Source: the human T2T-CHM13v2.0 reference genome, Homo sapiens. From it: a stretch of DNA of 64,000 nt. Position numbers and translations under genes: made by a program. The DNA lies in assembly GCF_009914755.1 (NCBI RefSeq), contig NC_060930.1; one strand, given 5' to 3'. Below the pieces are notes generated by a model. The model worked only from the letters and a program-made list of their open reading frames with translations. It did no database searches and was not told where the DNA came from. Shown here one piece after another: positions 1 through 21,239 of the stretch; within the stretch, counting starts at the first letter, position 1; every line of letters starts with the position of its first letter.

Positions 1-59
1 TGCCACTGCACTCTAGACTGGGCAACAGAGCAAGACCCTCAAGAAATAAAAAAGAAAAT

Positions 60-737
60 GAAGGGTGTGTGTGTATGTGCATATATATATATATGTAATA
101 TTCAATGGACTATTATTTAGCCTTAAAAGAAAATGAGGGCTGTGTGTGCGTATGTGCATATATATATATATATATATATACATATATACATATATATATA
201 CACATATATGTACACGTAATATTCAGTGGACTATTATTTAGCCTTAAAAAAAGAAGGAAATTCTGCCACTTGCAACGTGGGTGAACCTGAAGGACATTAT
301 GCTAAGTAAAATAAGCCAGACATAGAAAGACAAATAGTGCATGATCTCACTTATGTAGATTTTAAAATAGTTGAACTCACAGAAGCACACAGTAGAGTGG
401 TGGTTGTCAGGGGTTGGAGGATGGGGGAAGTGGGGAAATGTTGGTCAAAGGGTACAAAGTTTCCATTATGCAGGATGAATAAATTCTGTGAATCTAATGT
501 ACGGCATGGTGACTATAGTTAACACTGTATTGTATACTTGAAATTTGCTGAGAGTAGATCTTGTCTTCTCACCACACACACACACGCCTACACACACACA
601 GAGGTAACTACGTGAAGTGATGGATATGTTAACTAGCTTGATGTGATGATCATTTCACAATGTACACGCATATCAAACCATCAAGTTACACCTGTTAATT
701 ATATACAGTTTCTATTTGTCAATTATACTCCACTAAG
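60..737 (+). mobile_element. L1M (MA/MB-type) 3' UTR
   Basis: GGTGAACCTGAAGGACATTATGCTAAGTAAAATAAGCCAG...GTGATGGATATGTTAACTAGCTTG. Confidence 0.8.
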
Positions 738-1983
738 CTTTTTTTTTTTTCCTTTAAAGTAGAGACAGGGGTTTCATTGTTTTGCCCAGGGTGGTTTCTA
801 ACTCCTAGATTCAAGGAATTCTCCCACTTTGGCCTCCCAAAGCGCTGGGATTACAAGTGTGAGCCACCGTGCCTGGCTTTTTTACAAAGCTTTATTGGGC
901 AGGACGAGGTGGCTCATGCCTGTGATCCCAACTGCTCAGAAGGCTGAGATGGGAGGATTGCTTGAGGCCAGGAGTTTGAGACAAGCCTGAGCAACATCCC
1001 AAAACCTTGTCTCCAAAAAAATTTGTAAAAACATTTAGCTGGTTACGGTGCATGCCTGTAGTCCCAACTACTGGGGAAACTAAGGAAGGAGGATCCCTTG
1101 CACCCGGAAGTTCCAGCTGCAGTAAACTGTGATACTGCCACCGTACTCCAGCCTGGGTAACAGAGCAAGACCCCATCTCTAAAACAAACAAACAAAAAAG
1201 CTTTTAAAAAAAGAATACAGTTTAATGTTGAATCAGTTAGGACTCTTTGTTACTGTTATGGGGGAAAAGAATCTGAACTTGAACTAACTTGGGCCAAAAA
1301 TGAAATTTATTTTCTCCCAGATCCCAGGAAAGGATTGAGCAATACAGCTATAGAAGGGCAGGAATCCAGCTGGCCCACAGAACAGCTGGGACCAGGGGTT
1401 TCAACATCTTCAGGAGCTTCTTCCATCTCCAGATCTTGCCGTTGGCCTCATTCCTATTCACCACAATGAGATTTGTCTACAGGAAGAAAACAGGGCTCCC
1501 CAATGCACAGTTTCCAACTTCTGCCCCCAAAGAGGGAATCCCTATGTTCCTTCTTCTCAAACAAGGGTGCTCTTCAGCCTGCGTGCACTGCTGCACCCAT
1601 ATCAATTGTTTTTCAGCCAATGTCTGTCCTAATTGGTGGGTACCCGGATCTCCCTGATTGTTGCAGATATTGATAATCACCCCTGGAATCAGGTTCAAAT
1701 ATCCCAGAGAAGAGGATCATTGGTACTGTTTTTCTCTAATCAGCCCTAGGCAGGGCCAGGCCATGTCAGAGCACAGCTGCTCCCACAGGAATCATCAGGT
1801 TAAAGGAACAGAAAGAGCGATTCCCAAATGAGGGTTGGTACTGGGCAGATCAAAAAAAGACATGCTGGCTGGTCACAGTGGCTCACAGCTGCCCTCTCAG
1901 CATTTTGGGAGGCTGAGATGGGAGGATCACCTGAAGCCAGGAGCTCGAGACCAGCTGGCAACAAAGTGAGGCCTCCATCCCTA

Positions 1984-2122
<139 letters not shown>

Positions 2123-2266
2123 TTGTCTGGGCACAGTGGTACATACCTATAGTGCCAGCTACTTGGGAGGCTGAGATGAGAGATTGTTTGAGCCCAGGAG
2201 GTCAAGGATGTAGCGGGCCCTGATACTGCCACTGCACTCCAGCTTAGGCCACAGAGTGGGACCCTG

Positions 2267-2520
2267 AAAAGAGAGAAAGAGAAAAAGAAAGAAAGAAAGG
2301 AAGAAAGGAAGGAAGGAAGGAAGGAAGGAAGAGAGAAAGAAAGAAAAGAAAGAAAGAAAGAGAAAAGAAAAGGAAAGAAAGAAGAAAGAAAAGAGAAAGA
2401 AAGAAAGAAAGGAAAGAAAAGAAAAAAGAAAAAAGAAAGAAAGGAAGAAAAAGAAAAGAGAGAAAGAAAGGAAGGGAGAGATGGGAGGAAGGGAGGGAGG
2501 GAAGGAAGGAAGGAAGGAAG
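2267..2520. repeat. (GAAA)n/(GGAA)n polypurine tract (Alu-tail derived)
   Basis: ~250 bp almost purely A/G. Confidence 0.95.
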
Positions 2521-4042
2521 TCTACTATAAGTGTACTTGTAGTTTTTATTTTCCAAAATTTTAAATTTCCAAAATTTAAAAATTACTATAACTTTTAAAA
2601 GGAAAAAAATAATTGTAGGTACCAGAAGCCCCATCTTTCTTCGTTTTACTTCTACTCTGTCTTAGAATGCCATCAGCAGCTCTGTCCCATCTACGAATAA
2701 ACATGGTCACACCGTATTAGAAATTCCCTAAGAAACAGGGGGCTATTGATAGCCAGCTTAGTGTTACCTACCCTGGTTAAGCAAGAAAATAAGTCACTCA
2801 TTTGATGTTAGAACAGGTTCCTGTTTGATGTATCCAGTTTCCTCTAAAAGTTTCAGCATTTGGGTTAAATTTTATTCAGTGATAGCCACACTTAATCTCC
2901 CCAAGGCACTAACCAGAAAAAAATCAGGCCCTGACTTTGCTATCCAGGCCCATCTAGACATCCTAATCTTTTCCCTCAGCATATGTAGAGAATTCAAAAA
3001 TTAACTTGCATACAAATGCAGAGAATCTATTTCCAGGTTCTGTCTAAAGCCTTTTAGTAAGATCTTCCAAATTCTTACTTTTGAATATCCCCTAGCAGTG
3101 AAAGATAACTTGACTGCTGAGATATCATTCACAGAAGAGATGAGAAAAATGATTAATTTCTGAGCATGTTCAATTTCATACATTCTTGAGCTCATAATTG
3201 AGTGGTTGAGTTCTAGTTCTTCCAGGTACAATCACACCACAGAGACATGATTTTAAAGATGAAGTTTTAGTGAGGGACTAATAAATTTTTCAGGCCAGCT
3301 CTCAAGGCTTTCTCAATTTTCTACATACTATTAAAGAGCAATACATGCCCAGTGATTAGAATGCATGCTAGTGCCCCTGGGCATAGAAACATCTGGATAA
3401 CAAAATGGAATCCACCTTAAGTGTCTAAACAGCAAGCTAACAAAAATGAAAACAGCAAGCAGGTGAACAGAACAATCCCGGGGCAGCAGCCTAATCCAGA
3501 GTAATCCATTGCCATGACAGCAAACATCACAGAAACTTCCAGAGGGTGTTCAGGGCACATGTTCCATGAGAAATCCTTGATCCCTTTGTGGTTTGCTTCT
3601 TTCCTTAGTGTTTGCAGTGGGACCGTATTCCCAGGTTATGGGCCTTTTCAAAAATGCACCAGAAAAGCTCTCTGCCAGGCCACGTGCATAGCATGGTAGA
3701 GAAAACACCCTATTGCAGATTGCTAGTTTAAATGAAGGCTAACCAAATAAAGAATCAAACTAAGATGCAAAAGTTAGAAGTATGCCCAATCCAACCTGCT
3801 GGAGAAGTAGGATCATAAATGTTAATAAAGAATTGTAGACTGGGATCGTTTTATAAAAATAAATTTTAAAGGCCGGGTGCGGTGGTTCATGCCTGTAATC
3901 TCAGCACTTTGGGAGGCCGAGGTGGGTGGATCCCTTGAAGTCAGGAGTTCGAGACCACCTGGCCAACATGCTGAAACCCCTGCCTCTACTGAAAACACAA
4001 AAACTAGCCAGATGTGGTGGTGCATGCCTGTAATTCCAGCTA

Positions 4043-4189
<147 letters not shown>

Positions 4190-4379
4190 TTAAAATTTCA
4201 TGCATAGGCCCAGACATGATGGCTCATGCCTATAATCCCAGCACTTTTGAGGCCAAGGCAGGAGGATCACTTGAGGCCAGAAGTTTGAGACCAACCTAAA
4301 CAACACAGCGAGATCCTATATCTCTACAAAAACATTTACAAAAATTAGCTGGTTATGATGGCATGCATCTTTAATCTTA

Positions 4380-4502
<123 letters not shown>

Positions 4503-5003
4503 TTATGCATAATCAACTAATTCTAGAGTTCGTAACTTTCTTCAATACTGTTTTTTTTTTTTAATATTACAATGGCATCTGTCCAATTCTCCACAGGGAA
4601 AAGTGTCATGGTCTTTCATCAGATGAAAGGTGCAGTCTGGATTTCAGTCAACATGATAGAACATTGTACCCCTCCAGATTCACACCCTAAGTGTTTGGGA
4701 ATTAAAGTCCCCCAATCTTTTTCTTCTTATTAAATCACAAGGGCCGTACTGGCATGGTGATTAGCAATTCTGGCCTGGAAAAAAAAAATTCTAGCACAGC
4801 TGCAAGAAAACAGACAAAAAGAACAGCTGGGAAGACCTGGCCTATTTTTGCTTTGCATTTAGTTGGCAAAACAAAACTCCCTTCTGGAGGAATTCCCACT
4901 TTATTCCACCACATTTATCATCTCCTTTTTTCTATTTCTTTTTATTCATTTTTTCTTTCCTTAATATTGCTGTCTTTTTCTTCACAGAGTATTTCCTTAT
5001 TTT

Positions 5004-5690
<687 letters not shown>

Positions 5691-5692
5691 CA

Positions 5693-5877
5693 TCAGTGCT
5701 CAAGGTGTGGTCCTGGACCATCAGGACCAGCATCATTTGATATCTTGTTACACATGTAAATCCTTAAACCCCACCCCAGGTCTACTCAATCAAAGACTCT
5801 GTGGTAGGACCCAGCAATTTATGATGTAACAAGCCCTCCAAGAGATTCTGGTGCATATTCAAGTTTGGAAGTCACTG
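5693..5877. mobile_element. MER5A (hAT-Charlie) DNA transposon
   Basis: CAGTGCTCAAGGTGTGGTCC...AACAAGCCCTCC...CAAGTTTGGAAGTCACTG with CAGTG/CACTG termini. Confidence 0.75.
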
Positions 5878-5968
5878 AATCAAGGTATAGGATACCTGGC
5901 GTCAGAAATCTGCTTGAAAAGTAAGATTGGAATAAATAAAAGAAAATCAACTTTAAAAGGATAGTTAG

Positions 5969-6075
5969 GTGCTAGCTTTGACAGCATACACACTAAAGTT
6001 AGAATGACACAGAGATTAGCATGCCCTCTGCAAAAGGATGAGATGCAATTTTGTGAAGCATTCTAATATTTTTTT
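5969..6075 (+). pseudogene. U6 snRNA retro-pseudogene, full length and diverged
   Basis: GTGCTAGCTTTGACAGCATACACACTAAAGTTAGAATGACACAGAGATTAGCATG...GGATGAGATGCAATTTTGTGAAGCATTCTAATATTTTT aligns end to end with U6. Many substitutions, a small deletion after ACAGAGA, and no U6 PSE/TATA upstream. Confidence 0.9.
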
Positions 6076-6088
6076 AAAAGGAAGGTGG

Positions 6089-7775
<1,687 letters not shown>

Positions 7776-7944
7776 TTTTTTTTAACAGGAAGGTGGGATA
7801 ATTGAGGGCTTGAAATTCTAACACCTTTTCCTTCCATTGGTCAATCCTTCCATTGGTCTATTAATCCTTTCTTTTCTTACATTTGATCTTGAGCTCTTAT
7901 GTGTTGGAAGTATTTTTTTTTTATTTTTGCTTTTGTTTTTACTA

Positions 7945-9205
<1,261 letters not shown>

Positions 9206-9504
9206 CCTCACTGAGGAACTAAATAGGCAGGCACCCTGATCTTGGACTTCTTACATCATTAATTCAAATGCAAAGGGATTTACTCTGAGGGAAACTGATG
9301 AAAGTTTTTCTTGGCTTTATGCTGGGGGCGGTACTAGGAGACGTCACCCTGTGAGGTCACTCTCAGTTCCTCCCTCCTCCTTTCTCTTACCTTTCACCCA
9401 GTCCCTGAGATAAGGCAGGTTTGGAGCCCACCAAGATGATTTGATCATTCCTTGGGCTTAGTCTGAAGCGATTCAAGACCATGGTTCCTGCTGATCGAGT
9501 GGCA

Positions 9505-9730
9505 AGAGCATTGGCTTTAGAGTCCAATGTAAATTGGCCTAAACTCAGCTGTGCCACCCACTGCATAGGTCCCTGGTAAGTCCCTTACCATCCTTGAGCC
9601 TCAGTTTACTTTTCCGTAAAATGGGGGTAATACTATTCACTTTAGGGAGTTCCTAAAAAGATTAAATTAAGTAATGTATGCATTTGAAGTGCCCAAGAGA
9701 CTGCCAAACTTCTAGATAGGGCTTGATCAT
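9505..9730 (+). mobile_element. MIR
   Basis: Core TGAGCCTCAGTTTACTTTTCCGTAAAATGGGGGTAATA. Confidence 0.75.
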
Positions 9731-9837
9731 AATTATGCCTCAGTATTATGCAGTAAGGGTGACTTACATAGCCTTGTCAATAATCTTTTCCTTTATTAAA
9801 TAAATAGTTCTCTCTGAAAGTTATTTCTTATATTTAA

Positions 9838-10110
<273 letters not shown>

Positions 10111-11138
10111 TGATCCGCCCACCTCGGCCTCCCAAAGTGCTGGGATTACAGGTGTGAGCCACTGCACCCCAGATTGTATTTAACGCCTTTCCTTCAGTCT
10201 TAGCTAGAAAAATAGAAAAGAAAAAGGAAAAGAAATGGCTGCTAACACTGCCTCCAGAACCCTTCCCAGCCTGCATTAAAGCTGTCCCTTGGTCGCCTTA
10301 TCATTAATCTAGATGTCTTTGCTCAGCCTCTCTGCTCTCCGTCTCTTTACTCCTCCTTTGATAATCCTTTACCCACTTTCATGTTGCTCTTTCTTGCATC
10401 TCTTCCTATGTGTATTAACTGATGTATTCTGCAGGTCAGTGGACTGCAAAGGTCAAAGTCTGTGTGTCTGAGACTTGGATTCAGCTGTCAGCCCCCAGCC
10501 TCTTAGACAATTCAAGACAGGGTTAAAGTTGCAATCAGAGACAATGAGGCTGCAAGAGAAACAAAGGCTGGATTTGATGGGCAACTGGGACAGCTGGAGA
10601 TGACAAAATCTCTTTAGACTGATTTTTCCTGAGGTCAAAAGACTTGGGAGGGTGGGGTAGAGCAAGGAGTGTTCAAGAATAACTGTAAACATGAGCCTTG
10701 CACACATATAAAACACGGGTCAGAAAATGCTAGGCCTATTTCATTAATTTTCACAAAAGATTCCCTCAGACTTTTCAGTCTCTTTTTTAAGTAATCGATG
10801 CATGCCCTAAATCCCATTCATTCATTCTTCTTTTATTTGTTTATTTTTCATTATCTGCCCTACCCGATTTATTATGCACTTAATTGTCATATTCCCTTTT
10901 GTTACTGGTTTCTTTGCCACTTTTCTGACTGGTCACTCTTGTCCTCATTACAGATCTTTCAAGGCCATTTATTTGATATAATGAAAAGAATGAAGTTTGG
11001 AATCTGATGGTTCAGCCACTAGGAGTTGCACAACCTTCAACAAGTGACAATAGGCCTGTTTCACAATGACCTCCCAGAACTGTTAGAGCTCTAAAGCACA
11101 ACCAACCTTTACTTAGCAAAGCCTGCTCTTGGAGTTGG

Positions 11139-11531
11139 TGTTATGGTTTGAGTTCTGCCCTCCCCAAATTTATATTCCTAAAATTTCTAACCCCCAATGT
11201 GGAATGTGATGGCATTTGGAGATGGGCGTTTGTGAGGTGTTAATAATTAGGTTTAGATGCAGACGTGAAGGTGGGGCGCTCATGATGGGATTAGTGCCCT
11301 TATAAGAAGAGACACAAGACAGCTTGGTCTCTCTCTCCCTCTCTTCCTCTCCACGTGAGGAAACAAAGGGACGGGGCCATCTGCAAGCCAAAAGAGAACC
11401 TTCACCAGGAACCATATAGGCCAGCACCTTGGTCTTAGACTTCCCAGCCCCTAGAATTATGAGAAATAAATGACTGTAGTTTAAGCCACCCAGCCTGTGG
11501 TATTTTTTCATGGCAGCGCCAGCTGACTAAG
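11139..11531 (+). mobile_element. MLT1A/MST-type ERVL-MaLR LTR
   Basis: TGTTATGGTTTGAG...GCCCTTATAAGAAGAG...TTAAGCCACCCAGCCTGTGGTATTTT...GACTAAGA. Confidence 0.8.
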
Positions 11532-11831
11532 AAAATGGATTTTCAGGAATAAAGATGAGCTTGATTTTCCTCATGACCAATGGCTGGCATTTGTGAGTAA
11601 GAGAACTTACACTCTATGTCTGTGGTGAAAATAGAGGTAGGTAGCACTGGGTGTGGTGGCTTACACCTCTAATTCCAGCTATTCTGGAGGCTGAATTCGG
11701 AGGATCGCTTGAGCCCAGGAGTTTGAGTCCAGCCTGGGCAACATAGCGAGACCTTGTTTCAAAAGAAGAAAAATAGAAGTAGATAAGTTTCACTGTCCCA
11801 GGATCTACCATCAAACCTCTAGACAATGTAG

Positions 11832-12110
<279 letters not shown>

Positions 12111-12508
12111 TGAACTCCTGACCTCAGATGATCTGCTCGCCTTGGTCTCTCAAAGTGTTGGGATTACAGGCGTGAGCCACCATGCCCTGATTTTTGGCTT
12201 TCATCATAGTACCTCACATCCAGAGCGTCTATGATTTCGGCCTGTGGTCTCTCCATGAAGGGGTCAGGAGTGAGAAGGGGGCCCTGAAATTGATTGACTG
12301 CATGCACTCTGCCAGGCACTGTCTGTGTCAGGCATTCTTCACACACATCATTCTGTCTGTTCATTCTCACAGTAATCCCATCAAGAAGATGTTAACAGCC
12401 CCATTTTAGAAAGGAAGAACCAGGTTTCAGCAGTCCTGCCCAAGCTTCCACAGTCATAAGGTAGAGCTAGGATTAGAACAGTAACAAAATAAATTAGCAT
12501 ACTCTTGA

Positions 12509-12846
<338 letters not shown>

Positions 12847-13376
12847 TGACCCATCTGCCTCAGACTTCCAAAGTGCTGGGATTACAGGCATGAGCCACCG
12901 CGCCCGGCCTAGATTGTCTTTTATATCCCCACTTCACACATGATAAAACAGAAATGAAAGTGTAGAGACATTAAGCAATCCATCCAAGGTCACACAGCAG
13001 TAGAGTCGGATCTGTCTGGCAGTAAAGGCTGTGATCTTGGCCACAGTATGACACACTCTCATCCTTCCCTTCACAAAGTCCACACCCATTGTATATGTGC
13101 CACCCCTGTGACTCAGGTGCTCCTGTCACTTGCAATTTCTCTCTTTACGTTTCAATTAATCTTTTTTTGTTTGTTTTTTGTTTTGAGACAAAGTCTTGCT
13201 CTGTCACCCAGACTGGAGTGCAGTGGCGTGATCCCGGCTCACTGCAACCTCCGCCTCTGGGTTCAAGTCATTCTCCTGCCTCAGCCTTCCCAGTAGCTGG
13301 GACTATAGACGCATGTCACCATGCCCCGCTAATTTTTGTATTTTTTGTAGAGACAGGGTTTTGCCATGTTGTCTAG

Positions 13377-13481
<105 letters not shown>

Positions 13482-14574
13482 TGAGACATACCCAACCTGA
13501 CAAGGAAGATCCAGGCAAGCCTCACTGATGCGCATTGCTCATCTCTAACACAACCCAGCCAAAGTCACTGATGGAGAGAGAATCTCTTCCATAAATTAGA
13601 GCACAAAGTTGTTGAATCATAGTTAATTTATCCAAGAATAAACATTTCTGTTGGTTTCTGAACATTTGATTTAGAAATTACACAGACTTAAAGGAAGCAT
13701 TTATAGTCACTGCAATGACACAGTGAATGTCAGATGCAGGTCCTAGTTATTAAGCACATTTGAAAGAAAGAAAGCTTTATCCAGTTTGAATTCAAGAGGC
13801 TTTACAAAAAAATGCATAGCTAAGATAATCAGTAAAAAGAGGAGTTAGGATTTTTGAATACAAGGCAAGCCAGTTTCAACCTCATTTTATCCTCTGCCTG
13901 TCCTCCCATTCATCTTGATAATGCTTTGCCAAGTCACTGCAAGCTTTTGCTTGAATTAACTAGCCATATTTTATTATGTCCAGAACACACACTAACAGAG
14001 ACTGCAGAACAAAGGGTAAAAATCAAGGATAAAGGGAGGAAGGACAGCTCTGTATTACAGGTAGAAGAGTCTCTTCACTTCTACTGCAGATTGAGTCGGG
14101 AGAAACTGTGACTAAGAATAGCTACACGGCCGGGATTGGTCATACGAGCCCACAGGCACTAGCAGCTGAGGTGGCTGCTGTCTGTTTAAATTGCTTTCCG
14201 GTGGCAAACACTTAATTGTAATCGAGACAGAGTTCAGGTTTATTTTCTGCTCGTTCCCTGCATCCTGCTCTTGTTCTCGATAAGCTTTTCCCCTGCCCTG
14301 GCGCCCACTGCACCCTCCATTTCCCAAGGAGCCCAGCTAGCCCCGACAATGTGATTAAGTGTTCTCTGTAGACGTGAGTCCTTGCTTCTGCTGGGTGCCT
14401 CTCTGTGTCAGCAGCAAATCAGCCTGCAGACCAGGGGTAGTGTTTCTGGAGGATCAGGTGAGAATGCCTGGACTCTGCACAGTTGGAAGCTGTTCATGAG
14501 ATAATGGTACCTCTTGTTTTCATGTGCAGCTTTATATCAACAGTCCCTCGGTTTCTCCCATTGGAAATCAGCTA

Positions 14575-15030
<456 letters not shown>

Positions 15031-15514
15031 TTATATCTAGAAAAACGCAGACTCCACCAAAAAACTCTTAAATCTAATAAATAAATTAAGTAACATTGTA
15101 GGATACAAAATTGATGTACAAAATCGGTAGCATTTCTATACACCAATAATGAACTAGCTGAGAAAAAAATCAAGAAAGCAATCCTATTTATAGTAGCTAT
15201 AAAAAAAGAATAAAACACTCAGGAATATACATTCAACAAAGGAGGTGAAAGAGCTCTACAAAGAGAACTACAAAACACTGATGACAGAAACTGAAGTGGA
15301 CACATACAAATGGACTGACATCCCATGCTCATAAGCTGGAAGAAATAATATCATTAAAATTATCATATTGGCCAGGCGTGGTGGCTCACGCACGCCTGTA
15401 ATCCCAGCACTTTGGGAGGCCGAGGCAGGTGGATCACTTGAGGTCAGGAGTTTAAGACCAGCCTAGACAAACACAGTGAAACCCCATCTCTACTAAAAAT
15501 ACAAAAATTAGCTA

Positions 15515-15700
<186 letters not shown>

Positions 15701-16443
15701 TCAATGCAATCCCTATCAAAATACCAATATCATTTTTCACAGAATTAGAAAAAAAAATCATAAAATTCTTATGGAACCAAAAAAGAGCCTGAATAGCCAA
15801 TGCAATTCTGAGAAAAAAGAACAAAGCTGGAGGTATCACACTACCTGACTTCAAAATATGTTACAAAGCTATAGTAAACAAAACAGCATGGTATTAGTAT
15901 AAAAGACACATACATTGATGGAACAGAATACAGAATACAGAAATAAATACATGTATTTATAGCCAACTGATTTTCAATAAAAGTGCCAAGAAGATACACT
16001 GAGGGAAGGACACTCTCTTCAATAAACGGTGCTGAGGAATGAAAGTGGACCCTATCTCTCACCATATACAAAAATCAACTCAAGATGGATTGGAGACTTA
16101 AATATAAGACCCAGAACTAATAGAAGAAAACACAGGGAAAATACTTCAGGACATTAGTCTAGGCAGATTTTATGGCTAAGATCTCAAAACAACAAAAAAC
16201 TAAAACAAAAATAGACAAATAGAACTATATTAAATGAAAAAGCTTCTGCACAGCAAAGGGAACAATAGAGTGAAGAGACAACCTGTCGAATGGGAGAAAT
16301 TATTTGCAAACATTCACCCTGCAAGGGATTAATATCCTGAATACACAAGGAACTCAAATGAGTCAACAATAAAATGTTTAAAATGAGCGCGGTGGCTCAT
16401 GCCTGTAATCCCAGCACTTTGGGAGGCCAAGGCAGGCAGATCA

Positions 16444-16683
<240 letters not shown>

Positions 16684-17185
16684 TTAAAAAGTGGGCAAAT
16701 GGCCAGGCGTGAGGGCTCATGCCTGTAATCCTAGCACTTTGGGAGGCTGAGGTGAGTGGATTGCTTGAGTCTAGAAGTTCAAGACCAGCCTGGGCAACAT
16801 GGTGAAACCCTGTGTCTACTAAAAATACAAAAAATTAGCTGGGCATGGTGGCACATGCCTGTAGTCCCAGCTACTCAGAGGGCTGAGGTGGGAGGATCAC
16901 CTGAGCTCAGGAGATCAAGACTGTAGTGAGCCCTGATAGTACCACTGCACTCCAGCCTGGACAACAGAGTAAGACCTTGTTTAAAAAAAAAAAAAGTGGG
17001 CGAATGACAACATATTTCTCAAAAGAGGACATACAAATGGCCAATAGGTACATGAAGAAACTTCTAGACTCAAGCAATCCACTCACCTCAGCCTCCCAAA
17101 GTGCTAGGATTACAGGCATAAGCCCTCATGCCTGGCCATTTGCCCACTTTTTAACGGGACCTTTTTTTTTTTTTTTTTTTTTTGA

Positions 17186-17293
<108 letters not shown>

Positions 17294-17393
17294 TAGCTAG
17301 GATTACAGGCGCTCATTATCACTAATCATCAGAGAAATGTAAATCAAAGCCACAATGAGATAATCACATTACCCCAGTTAGAATGGCTATTAA

Positions 17394-18454
<1,061 letters not shown>

Positions 18455-19011
18455 TTATTAAAAAGACCAAAAATAACAGATGCTGGTGAGGATGCTGAGA
18501 AAAAGAAACTGTACACAGTTGGTGGGAATGTAAAGTTGTACAACCATTATGGAAAACAGTATACAGATTTCTCCAAAAACAAAAACAAAACCACTATTCA
18601 ATCCAGCAATCCCATTACTGAATATTTTACCCAAAGGAAAATAAATCGGTATATCAAAGGGATACCTGTACTTGCATGTTTATTGCAGCACTATTCACAA
18701 TAGCCAAGAGATGGAATCAACCTAAGTATCCATCAGTGGATGAACAAATAAAGGAAATGTGGTACATATACACAATGAAATACTATTGGTTTATGAAGAA
18801 GAATAAAATCATATCATTTGTGGCTGGGGTCAGTGGCTCACTCCTATAATCCCAGCACTTTGGGAGGCTGAGGAGGGCAGATCTTTTGAGGTCAGGAGTT
18901 CGAGACTAGCCTGCGCAACACGGCGAAACCCTGTCTCTACTAAAAATACAAAAAAATTAGCCAGGCATGGTGGTGCGCGCCTGTAATCCCAGCTACTCGC
19001 CCAGCTACTCA

Positions 19012-19182
<171 letters not shown>

Positions 19183-20183
19183 TCATATCATTTGCAGTAA
19201 CATGGATGGAACTGGATGTCATTATGCTAAGTAATATAAGCCAGGCATAGAAAGACACAAATTGCATGTTCTCACTCATATGTTGGAGCTAAAAAACTTG
19301 ATCTCGTGGAAGAAGAGAGTAGAACGATAGATACCAGACGCTGGGAAGGGTATGCAGGTGGAAAAGGGTAGATGAAGAGAGGCTGGTTAATGGGTACAAA
19401 CATACAGTTAGATAAAAGAAGTAAGTTATAATGGTCAATAGCAGATGATGGTAACTATAGTTAGCAACAATTTATTGTATATTTCAAAGTACCTAGAAGA
19501 GAGGACTTAAAGTATTACCAACACATAGAAATAATAAATACTCTACAGTATCTACTTCCCAAAAAAAGAAAAAATAAATAATCATCATGGGGTGATGGAT
19601 ACCACAAATACCCTGACTTGATCATTACACATTCTATGTGTGTAACAAATACTCACATGTACCCCATAAGTATGTAAAATACTATAAAAGAAAAAAAGAA
19701 TATAATTATTGACTTCAAGATCCCATTTTGGGGCCGAGCAATGTGGCTCATGCCTGTAATCCCAGCACTTTGGAGGCCGAGGCAGGAGGATCATTTGAGC
19801 CCAGGAGTTTGAGGCCAGACTGGGCAACATAGTGAAATCTCATCTCTACAAATAATTTAAAAATTAGCCAGGTGTGGTGGCACACACCTGTGGTCCCAGC
19901 TACTCAGGAGGCTGAGGTGAGAGGATCACTTGAGCCCAGGAGGCCAAGGTTGCAGTGAGCTGGGATGGTGCCAGTGCACTCCAGCCTGGGCAACAGAGAG
20001 AGACCCTGTTTCAAAAAAAAAAAAGAAAATCCTATTTGGGTCTTTCTTGCTGTTATTAACTTAAAAACTTAAAAAGTGTGAGTATAGCTTACTCACACTT
20101 CCCATTTTACCTAAGCTCCTAAGGAGAGCCTCAGGTTGGAGCATATGCAGGTGAAGAATCTAGGACAAAACACTTTTCTGTAA

Positions 20184-20672
<489 letters not shown>

Positions 20673-21239
20673 TGATGATCAATTGAGTGGACTTGAAAGT
20701 CAAATTACCTAATTTGACTTTAAGATACCAGATTGCTAAACCAGTTCTTCCAAAAGCAGAGAGCTCAGGCTGCCCCAGGTGGCCAGCCCTGGGAGAGTGG
20801 GGAGCAGCCACAGCTCCCCCTGTAGCCCACCCCCAGCAGGTCTTCCAGGGTGGCTTGTGGCTGGCCTCACCACCAGGAAAGGGATAAGTCTGCAGACCTG
20901 TATCCTGGTCAAGACTCAACTGGCTACAAAAGAGCTTCCCAACCAGCTCCCAGAACCCAAGGACGGGAGGCTCAGATGCCTCCCAGAAGGAAAGGAACCC
21001 AGGAACTGGACCGGTTTATGAACAAAGGCAGCTGCCCCCTGGGTTTCTCTCTTCCCTCTTCTGAGAAGTCATCTGTTTCTCTCTACTGTGTCTACTTCAC
21101 TCTTCTTTCTATGCAGACTGGATTCTTTCATTGCTGCTGAAAGTGTGCTGAAAAAAAAAGGAAAATTCCAGGCACAGATGATATCCTTCTAGGCAAGGAC
21201 TTGGCATCCCTGAATTCAGCTGTGTTCCCTGAAACCAAA

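Noticed and set aside
1230-1800. Possible old MaLR/LTR33-type element and overlapping short ORFs
   Set aside because: Too diverged to assign confidently; ORFs show no recognisable homology.
5969-6075. Functional U6 gene or classical U6/L1 chimera
   Set aside because: Heavily diverged with no upstream Pol III promoter elements; a target-site copy lies between U6 and L1.
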